From assembly GCA_900088475.1 (NCBI GenBank), contig FLMG01001160.1, positions 62,001 to 126,000 of the forward strand: DNA of 64,000 nucleotides. The letters run 5' to 3'. Shown here in pieces: positions 13,252 to 29,995 of this stretch (positions are counted from its first letter, which is position 1; each line of letters starts with the position of its first letter). The notes under the pieces were generated by a model, which did not search any database, was not told the origin of the DNA, and was given only the letters and a program-made list of their open reading frames with translations. The stretch is from Hyphochytrium catenoides (lineage: Eukaryota > Protista > Hyphochytriomycota). Position numbers and translations under genes: made by a program.

Positions 13252-14306
13252 TTAGCTGAGCGCGCGCACTCTTGCTTCTGCTTGAATCCTCGCTGCGCTC
13301 GCGTAATCCTGTCTAAGCTTCTCGTACTCGTGGTAGGGTAGCTTCACCTTGGAGCTTTTGTATTTGGTAAGTACGGCGGACCGCAGAAGAGAGGGAGTGA
13401 TTCGACCTCTATAGCCCGCCTTTCTGACCAAGGACTGGACTGTCTCGTCGTGATTCCAGCCTAACATGGTTCAGTGGTCTTTAGTAACAAAGGAAAAGCC
13501 CAGTCGGAAAGCAGAGATTTATGATGAGACTCTTACCCTGCTCGTGTGCTACCTCAGGCAGGAATGTAGCACTATACTCGGTCTTCCTCTCGTCAACGAA
13601 AGAGATGGTAACTCCGTGAGTCCCAATCTACACCAACGCAGGGATAGTTGTCAGCACATGCTTTTTATGACCAATGCACTGCAGGTGCTACCGCTAGACT
13701 TCTGATCATTGAACCCACACTCGCAAACGACCCACACCCGCAAAACAAGAACGATACTGTTGCCCGTTGGCGCCACTGCTTACCTCCCAGTCCTTCAAAT
13801 GACCACAAACTTCATGATCCGTAAGCAATGAAACTGCAGCTCTAAGGTACTTCACCTCGGAGTGGTCAATTGGGCTGAAGCGCCGGTCCCTAAAAGCACT
13901 GCACGAGGCGTAGTAGGATAGCCTTGACAATGGCACAGGAGACAATGTTCCTATACACCCACGTAGCTCATAATCTCCCTGTCTTGTCTGCTTCTCCCAT
14001 GTAACAAATAGAGGGCTAACGGCGACGATGAGAGAAAACATATGGGTCAGCAACTTGTCCGTCGCCATGATGGAGAGCTGTATATTGCAACGGTCACCAC
14101 CACATGTTTTTGGTCTAACGAAAAGCACTGTGGAAGGAAGCGAAAGGACAGCCTCATTGAAAGTCGTGCCCACCACTTTAATTGGAGATTATTGCTTACC
14201 ATTCCTTGCTGACATCCACAGTTGCCTGCAACGCTGGTTGAGACGCCTGCTGGAGCTCTGCCAGTATGACATCGAAACAATACACGCAGAGATCTAAAGA
14301 GGCCAT
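13252..14306 (-). CDS. AMMECR1: AMMECR1-family protein, 4 exons
   Basis: MASLDLCVYCFDV, then CPLFVTW, LRGCIGT, AFRDRRFSPI, ATFLPEVAHEQGW and KYKSSK; all match AMMECR1 hallmarks. Confidence 0.9.
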
Positions 14307-15117
14307 CGGCACCGCAGCCCTCGTACCGAAGCTAGCACACTGGCCAGCCCGGACAAGATACGGCTCTCGTCTCTGGTTGTGCCCTTCGACCAGAGCCCTG
14401 ACTGCAAACTGCCGCTAACCCCAAAATGACTCTTGGTGGGAACTAGCAGATCTATTAGTTAAAGGGCAATTTTTCTGTTATAAAGCTTCACGGGCCCTGG
14501 CAAACCCCAGTCACCCTCAATCCAGTTTCCTGATGGAAGCTGTCAGAAGTCTAAAGCTGCGCACAGTCGACGCCAGGGGTTCAAGCTGGATGGCCGGGCC
14601 TCCTGTGACATCATAATAAGTTGTGCTGCTGCTGCCGTTAGTAAGCTTGCTACGAGTAGAGGCTTGGGACGATGTTGCGGGAAGTGAGGTGGATCACAGC
14701 AGGAGCGAGGAGTGAAGCTGTGGGTCTGTCGGTGCGATGACAGGAACTGCTTGCAGACTTTGCAATAGATTCCTCCTTCTGAAACATTCCAAAGTGAAAG
14801 AAAAGCTGCCCTGAACTACTGAACGTAGTCATGATCGGAATGTTTCATAGAAGTTATTATTTGTATTTATCTCGGAAATTTCTACATAACAACCTCTTCT
14901 CTTCAGTCCTTTGAGGGATCCAACGGCGGCCGCTAGGGCCCCACAGCCCTCGCAGCAGCAGCAGACAGAGAAGAAGAGCTACGCTAGGCGTGGGATCCCA
15001 AGTAAATAGCCGTCATTCACTCCGTCAATAGATAGAGATCTTCCAGCGCTCCTTTCTTGACAGAATGTATGCAATCCTTCAATTCAACCTGTCGTGCTCC
15101 TGTCTGACTCTTTTAAA

Positions 15118-16476
15118 TTATGCCTGAGCTGCTCCGGTCACCTCCTGACAATACTGCCGCAACGCCTTGGCGCGGCTCTCTACGTTGTCTCCTCCATTCT
15201 TCACTGTCTTTACCACTTGAGAGCCTATGACCGCACCATCAGCAAACTTCTGGACTTGTAGCACATGCTCCCGGGTCGAGAGACCAAATCCAACCGCCAG
15301 CGGCAGGGAGGTGTGGCTTCGTACTAGGTATAAACACATATGTTTTGAGCGAGTCGGGTTACACATGCCTTCAGAGACGTACGCTGCTGTACCTCTTTCA
15401 ATAAACTGCTGTAAGTCTTCTGGAAGCTCTGTCCGTGCTCCCGTAACTCCTGTTAGGCTGTGAATAGGCACAATGAGCGCTGGCTGTGGCAGGTGTGAAA
15501 GTGAATCTTATCTTAGCGGACCTTACGCAGTATACGTATCCAGTAGCCGTCTTGGCGATCTTTTCTATAGGCAAGATAGGTCATCAGTAGGGCTACACCG
15601 GGTTTTCAGTTCTCTTATAGCTTACCGAGACGGGCGTCAGTAGAAGTCGGGGCGACCAAAGGAATGAGAGCTAGTCCATATTTCTTGCCTAGTTCATAAT
15701 ATACGCTCGCCTCTTCTGGTGGCAAATCCACAATGATAAAGCCATCTACTCCGGCTTTGTAAGGAAAAGGAAGACACGGTCCTATGAGCACTCCAGCCTT
15801 CTTCTTGTACCTGAATTAGAGTTCCCCGAGGACCTACCTTCTTGAGCATCCTGCATTAGCTTCTCGGTCCCATAAGAAAGAAAGGGGTTGAGATACCTGG
15901 CAGAGCAGGAACTCTAACTTAAGCCTGTACAAGATGTTGATGCACCAGAGCACGAGTCTTACCCCATGAGGACCACCGGAGCCGTCACCCCTGCTTGACG
16001 GGCTGCCTTCACTGTGCTAATGACATCGTGTAGGCTTGTTTCGTTGACCAGCGCTACCTGATTGGCCTCCTGGATGGTAGGCCCATCTGCCATGGGGTCT
16101 GAAAAAGGTACGCCCAGCTGGTCATACCATGAACAAGTGGAGTTGGTAACAGTCGACTCCGCTTTCAAGGTCACATTAGGTACCTCAATAATGTCAGCTC
16201 CTCCCTGCTGCATGGCAAGCATCAGTTGGGCCGTGTCCTGCTTAATGGGGAACCCGCAAGTGATGTACGGGATGAAGGCAGCTCGTTGCTCCTTCTTAGC
16301 CTTCTCAAAAACATCCTGAAGTGTCGGCCTGCAAAAACGCCAAACAAGTAGCTCAGCTACAGTCCCTCGCCAAAGCCTATGCCCTATGGTCATACTCCCT
16401 ACTCCAGTCGACGTACACGGTGGGATGCTAGTCTCCCTCACCCTTCGTTAGGCTTTCGTTAGGCTTACCTTGACAT
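15118..16476 (-). CDS. trpA: Tryptophan synthase alpha subunit, stand-alone, multi-exon
   Basis: MSRPTLQDVFEKAKKEQRAAFIPYITCGFP, IIE|LGVPFSDPMADGPTIQEAN (catalytic Glu and Asp present), VLMGYLNP, GFIIVDLPPEE, YCVSLTGVTG, VGFGLS, ADGAVIGS. TAA at 15118. Confidence 0.93.
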
Positions 16477-17255
16477 AATAGACGATCACCAAAGCCCTGC
16501 CCTTGTCTTCCAGTATAGTGGCTCTCTTCCCAGACAGCTGGTTATGCTGGTTAGGCAATAGCGGCGAGGTGACTGCTAATGGTGCTTCCGGTCAGTAGAC
16601 GATTGATGACTTGATGATTAGCGGATAGACGGAGGAGTGCCGACATCACGAGCGCCGACTCAGAAGCTCAACAAACCCCGCCTGACCACGCTGCCAGAAT
16701 CAGATTCACAAACGCAACAAAGCCTTCCTCATCCTCCGCCGTACCCGGAGTACAGACTTAATAAGGCTCGCGAGGCCTTATTCAGATCATACGCCGCGTA
16801 AAGTTCGATTATTAGAGTACATTAAGCGCATATACCTGATAGTAAACCGCCTTTGGAGCTTGGTCTTACATTGTTGTTTACCTTAAGTTATTCCGCCTGA
16901 AGGTTTCCGCAGTTGTCGTTTGAAACTTTGAGGGATGATGGGCGAGGGAGGCAGAGGGAGGATGGAGGAGCGAGAGATCGATGCGAAGCCAGCACCTAGG
17001 GCCACGCTCTTTCTCATGGATGAGAAGCTCCGCAGCTCTGCTAAATTAGTGCTTCAGGCATAAGAGGGCAGTCTGGTTGGTGAGGCTACTTGAAGCCTGG
17101 GAAAGGGCGCGAAGAGTATGCTGAAGTTGCATTCCTGCGCACCGGTCTCCCTGTCAACCGAGTGGTGGTTGACCTCACAAGTCTAGGCGGTGCACAGGGG
17201 GACTCCAAGTGAGGGCTCCAACAGTGTCAGAGCCTAGAGAAGAGAAAATCCCATA

Positions 17256-24013
<6,758 letters not shown>

Positions 24014-24633
24014 GGGACCAGTCGGAAACTAACCCAGGGAGGTTACAGACGAACTGTGAAGGGAGCCTGTCTAGACAAAAGAGCCATATCCAGAGAGAGC
24101 TATGGACCTTTCAAATGGCTAAAATGACTGAGTATCCAGGGCTAGGGTCCTGCTCGTTCGTGCAATGGCGGTCTACACGAAGAAGCCCTTTTTTTGTCGT
24201 CGGCTACAGAAGCAGACCTTACAAAATGACCTTAATAAAATTATCTTGAATTATAGTGCCAGTTGTTGTTTCTTCGGGCGACAGTTCTAATGCTGAGCTC
24301 ATCGGGGCCCAACTCTGGCACCTTTTTCAGGATGCTATGCCTAGTAGAGGAGCTGCGCTAACCGCTGATATTTCTTTCTTCGATCCCTAATATGAGGTAT
24401 GCTGAGTGCCGGTTCATTGAGTTGATGAACTTATCACTCAGACGGGCCAAACGTAGCTCAAATGTAACTATGGCAGAGCGGTTGACATTGTCAAGCCTTT
24501 TTCCCATAACCCATTATTAGCGAGGTCACAATGGTAGTTGCGCCAGTGGTACCGTTCTTGGGTTAAAAGTTGACAGGATGGGGCCAGATCCGAGCCTCCT
24601 CAGGTCTTCAGATGCGCGATGATGGCTCTCTAC

Positions 24634-27364
24634 TAGGGTTGTATATCGGTTGGATTTACCGATAGCGGAAAGATCGGTAAAAGTGGCACCGATATATCGG
24701 GAAATGTCGGCTAACCGATATCGCCAAATTTGACGTGGAATAACTATTCCCTCCCACTCACTTCGTTGTGTGCTGCTTCATTCTTCGTTGATGGTTGCAG
24801 ATCTCCACAAGATACTACTACATGGCAGAAAGACGCATCACCGTGAGGCAGATATGGCTCTATTATTATTATCATAATGTTCTTCACCGCTGGTAGCATC
24901 ATCGTCAAGCTGAACTCTTTCGTTGTTAGGAAGTTTCTGTATTGGTTCTTTTTGGAAAGAGAAAATCATGATTATTATCAAGAAGCAAGAAGCCCATCAT
25001 GGGAGGAGAATAAGAAAGACTTATATTTTTTTACTCAAGAGTCGCTCTGACACTGTCCCCTAAGGCCTCATATTCATCTAGACATAGAAATGGCTTCTTA
25101 CTATTAATCTAAAACTTCGACCAGCTGATCCTCGCTACACTTAGATCGTCTAATACGTTGGATTGTGTCTAACAAGTTTCCAGTTCTTACCAGAGGCCCC
25201 AATGAAGTGCACGGTGAGAGAGATATAGGGCTCCTGCGCAACACTAGTCCAACAGTCTGACGTAATAGCCACGTTTTGGTCCTTCAGTTGGCTTATTACG
25301 GACCTCTGTGCCAGGAGCTTGAGCTCATCCAAACGTCGATCAACGGTAGCCGGCGCTGGAACCGACGCTCCTCTCGTCTGAGCGGCTTCAATAAGCTTCC
25401 TAAAGTGGGGACTCCTGACCACGGCCAAGGGTTGCTTGTCACACACAATCCAACGTATTAGACGATCTAAGAATAGGGCTTCGCCTCCCTTCTGAACAAA
25501 GCTATTGAGCTTTCCTTGAGCGGCTTTATCCTCGTTAAGTTCCCTGATCCGTCCTCGGTGATTGGCCCGAAGATGAGCGTATAAATTGCTCGTAGAGAGG
25601 CTGGATCCCATGCTTACCTCGTCGTGGCACAGTGAACAGATGACGACTTCTGGAAGCCTATTATGGGCATACTTGGTGAACCTTTTCCACACTTCAGACC
25701 TTGCCTTCTGTGGTTTCGCTCTAGGCCAGGTTCGGAGCCTTTTTCCTTTTTTCGCTTCCTCTTGTGCGTGCGGCCTCTCGGTCTTCTTCAGCGCCATCGT
25801 CTTCTTCCATCTGATGAGCAATCTTCCTATTATCATCCTCATCATCCCGTGCACTGGTCCTACTTTTAGAGTCTACTTTGCAACTACCTTGAATGAAGCA
25901 AGTTAGTAGTAGGTGCCCTTCTGAGGCTGATTTGCGACGTGTCTGTGGCCCTCTCGTTTCCTTACCCGCGGTAGTATTCTGGTCCGTGTCGACAGCAGCT
26001 GACGAGTCTTCTTCTTCATTAGAGTCATCTCTATTTTCGTCGGGTACGTATTCCTCCGACGATGATGGCCTAGAAGACGCCACGCCAGGAGACGATGGCG
26101 TCCCTTCCTCATTAAGGTCTTCTGGAAGTAAAGACTCCATGGTTCCACCACCAGGTGACGGTGGCTTTCGTTGTTCTCTTTCTTCTTCGCGTGCTTTGCG
26201 GACCAACTCTGCTGCAAGCTCCTGATGCTGAGTAGAGAGTAAATCGGTCATGACGAGGAGTGATGAGGCTTCTTCCTGTGGTCTTTAGGCTGCCAGCTGC
26301 TGCAGGGATAACTTCCTTCTCCCAGCTGATTGTCCTGCGGATACGCCTGAGATAAGGGCCGCTGAATGAGGAAAGGAAAAGCTCGTCGCAGCAGCCTCCG
26401 TGGAATCCGCCACTTCTTTCTTCATCATCTTTCTGTACAGAAGGAAAAAAACTAACAGTAGTGTGATCCGCTACCCGGTCGCCTGAAGTATGACCTCATG
26501 TATGTAGAATAACAATAGTACTTGTTTGAGACGGAATGCGGTAGATAATTAAAGCATTTTCAGTAGTAGTAATTAAGGAAGTAAATAAAAGTAGTAGTAA
26601 CGAGGCTGGCTACGTTGCTAGATTAAGTCATGATGCCAAGCTCGCTCGTTACGCGGAGGAATGTTTCGTCCCGCTGGTCTGGGAGACATTTGGTGGAGCT
26701 ACCACGGAAGTCCACGCAACGCTCCGCCACTAGATTAGAGCAGTTCGCGACAGGTGCGGAGGAGGGGGTTTGTCTTCTTCTTCTCTCTTCAGTTCCATGT
26801 ATGAGAGGATATCAACACATATCCAGCGCTGTAATGCACAAATGGTGCGCAGTCGCCTTCCTTTGCCACGGGCAATTCGCGAGGATGTTCTACAGCAACA
26901 GCAACAACTGCAGCAAATCCGAAGATGGAGGAGAGGTGGAGCCGCAGTCCAGAGCTTTTAGTATAGACCTTAAGAGCTGGTACGTTTATTAGTACTAGGG
27001 TAGTATAGGGATTTGTAGTAGTGCTCTTTAGTGCTTTCTAGTAGTAAGAGCTTTCTAAAAGTGGTCAATAAAAGTAGTAATAGTACATGGATTGATGTGT
27101 ACATCTTCTATCTTATTGAATGGTTGGTGAACGGTGATCTTCATCACTCTAGTAGTAGTGGTTTCGTCTCCCCTTCCATTTTAGGTGAAAGGGGATGGAA
27201 TAGAGCCTATAGGAAAAGAGAGAAGTACTAATATCGGTTGATATCGTATCGGAATATCGGTATCGGTCATTGATATCGGATTATCGGATGGCCGTTCGGT
27301 AGTGAACCGATATTCCCGATATTTGCCGATATTATCGGTTAACCGATACCGATGTGCAACTCTA
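24634..27364 (-). mobile_element. hAT (Ac/Ds-like) DNA transposon, internally deleted and non-autonomous
   Basis: Imperfect TIRs TAGGGTTGTATATCGGT (24634) and the reverse complement TAGAGTTGCACATCGGT (ending 27364). Dense subterminal ATCGG/CCGAT repeats at 24640-24725 and 27230-27352. The 8-mer CTCTCTAC occurs at 24626-24633 and 27367-27374. Contains a transposase fragment. Confidence 0.85.
25150..26251 (-). pseudogene. Truncated, frameshifted hAT transposase (BED zinc finger plus start of DDE domain)
   Basis: SEVWKRF...CSLC...SNLYAHLRANH (BED finger), WIVCDKQPLAVVRSPHFRKLI and AITSDCWTS...YISLTVHFI (first catalytic Asp). The ORF ends at 25150, so the rest of the catalytic and dimerisation domains is missing. 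Frame break near 25725-25752. Confidence 0.85.
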
Positions 27365-29456
27365 CACTCTCTACGAGACTATGAAAAACGCGGCACATCA
27401 TCCCTTTCTTGGAGCTCTCTCAAAGCTCTGAGCAGACCGTGGTCGTGGGAATTGACGCTTCTACTGGGGGATGAAGGAAGCGTTAGCTGTCAGATCTCAG
27501 TGTGGGGATAAGTGATTCCGGGTAAACTTCATTGATTGGATGCTCTAATTCCTTCAGGAGGCGCCATCCATCCATCAAATCACAGGCTTGCGATCTTGTT
27601 ACTAAAGGGCACTCACCTCAGGCAGAACCATTCATTCACGCGGATCATCTTGGTACATTATTGAACACAGCCACACCATCAGGCAGTGGGTCAGAGCTCA
27701 GAGCTGTAGAGCTGTGGGTCAAGAGCGGCAATCTAAAAGTCTTTGTCCGTCATAGAAAGCTATCCAAAGTCCGTTTTGGAGCGAGCTTGGCGAACTCATT
27801 GACAGATCATTGCAGCAGGCAGCGCAATACTCAGTGACTCCTCCGGGACAGAGCTGTGTGGTAGGTGCCACGCGTACTGCAGAATAGATGTAATGTATGT
27901 CCTTTACCGTAGAGGCTCCGTAGTGGTTGGGGCTATATTAAGACTTAAACATGCTACGCTGAGGAGCGTCTCTTTCGCGGAAACCAGCACCTAACCCTGC
28001 TGGCTGTTTTCCTTATAATCGTTCTTAGTTGTATTCAGCAGTACTGCCCAAAGATTCAATAGATACAGAGTCGATAATATGTCCAATGATTAAAGTACCT
28101 TCCATGAAGGTTGTCACACACCCTTAGTGACATCCTACCTCCATGAGTACTGAGATTTCTGTATGAGGACATGTTATTGATCAATATCGCGATGCACTGT
28201 GCTAGGCGGATCAGTTGGTGGGAGGACCATGAGTTTCCCCTTCCTTCTTTCACTACAGAGCTCTTCTCACTACTCAATGAAGAGCATGCTGGTTATAAGG
28301 ACTGAGGTTAAATTATTCACCGTACTATGGTGTCGGAGCTAGGAGTACTAGTTGACAGCCAGGGTCCTAAAGCTACTCCTCTTTGTCAACGGCTTTTGCT
28401 TCGCATGCACACAAAGATAATGAAGTGGAGAACTTCTTTTGGGGTTCGCCTAGGATAATCCATATGGATGAATCCGGGCTTCCGTTTATGCTATAAATCT
28501 AAACTAGAATTCCATCTTTAGTCAAGCGCGATGGTAAGAGGCCGCCTTCTCTATTGAAATCACCCAGGCACGTACTTAGTAGTCTACTAGGAAAAGGGCT
28601 ACTATGGAAAGCGCTTGCCTGTAGGAACTACCAAGAGGCTCCCTCCATGTGCTAATGGAGTGCAAAAGTGCTCCTCACTTGAAATGGGTTAGAAATAAAC
28701 TGAAGTCGCTTGCTTGTTAATTGCCTATTCTTCATAAGAAGCTGCCAACCTCAGCTCTTTCTTGTGACGCCACAAGGAATCGTATTTTATTTTGTGTGAT
28801 GCACTTTGCACTTCACTTTCACTTTTGCCAGCTGATTTCGTATGGAGAAGGACTCCGGTGAAAGAAGTTGAGGAAGATCAGCTGCGACTGCTGCGGACCT
28901 TGATAGTTAACTAGCAGCACAATCATTGTGGGATCTGCGATAAGTGGCTCTCTTTGTAGCTGTTCGGAGGACGCCTGAAGATCATTACTCCCTAGCCAAT
29001 GAAGAAGATCAGGGAATACAAGATGCTCCTCCTACCAGTAAATTCTTCCGTCCCGTCCATCGTACTGCCAAGCCAAGGAGGGGCTACTCCTAGGAGGAGA
29101 TATCATCATCATGCGCTACCGTACTTGTACTAGCAGGCACAACGTGAGGTTGACGGCTGATGAGGTGGCCACGGCTGGAGAGACCACGAGGGATACTAGA
29201 TAGTTCTATGCACTCTGGAGGTGAGCCAGGGATAAAGCTTGTTGTTTGTAGAAGAAGAAGGGCAAAAAGTTGGTTCCCGTCAGTCGTAGATCAACCCGGT
29301 CATCTCCTCCTCCCGTTTTTTTACTCATACTGCTGGTCCACGGTGTTGCTTTTTATAAGCAATACTATGGCGGCATTCCTGTCGGACAGAATGTCAGTTC
29401 CTCACGAAGGGAAACTAACGCATTTTTTATCACCCTGCCTTCCGCTCTGCTCCTCG

Positions 29457-29995
29457 NNNNNNNNNNNNNNNNNNNNNNNNNNNNNNNNNNNNNNNNNNNN
29501 NNNNNNNNNNNNNNNNNNNNNNNNNNNNNNNNNNNNNNNNNACAATCATGGCCATCGCTAGCGCGAGTACTACTTTTGTGACGACGAAAGGAAGCTATGG
29601 TAAATGGCCGGCTCTCTACTACAACTGGTCGTGATAACGTGGATTTCCGATGCCATGGAGCTACATTGACCTGTGGAAAGGAGCATCGCATTATAGGGTC
29701 GTTGGGACATTCGGTCCAAACGTGCTGGATTGGCAGCAGGGACAACGCCGCTCCCGCAAAGCTAGCTCCACATTATTAACAAGAATAATAGCTCCTTTCA
29801 TCCCTTCGTCTTGGGAAGACATAGTGATGTGAGCGCAATGATGACGTAGAATAGGTTTGTTAGATAATTTACAATCCTTGCATGGCGCGGAGGCGAGGGT
29901 AGTTCTGAGGCCCATCTTCTCCTCCCTGGCCTGTCAGCAGTCCAGTTGAGGNNNNNNNNNNNNNNNNNNNNNNNNNNNNNNNNNNNNNNNNNNNN
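29457..29995. other. Assembly gaps (N runs 29457-29541 and 29952-29995; others at 38099-38140 and 48720-48755)
   Basis: N characters in the sequence. Confidence 1.

Noticed and set aside
14310-15117. Possible small gene or continuation of TrpA into a beta domain
   Set aside because: Too short, no TrpB motifs and no convincing spliced ORF.
24640-27352. Short ATCGG/CCGAT repeats resembling a CRISPR or iteron array
   Set aside because: Irregular spacing, no spacers, eukaryotic context; explained as hAT subterminal repeats.
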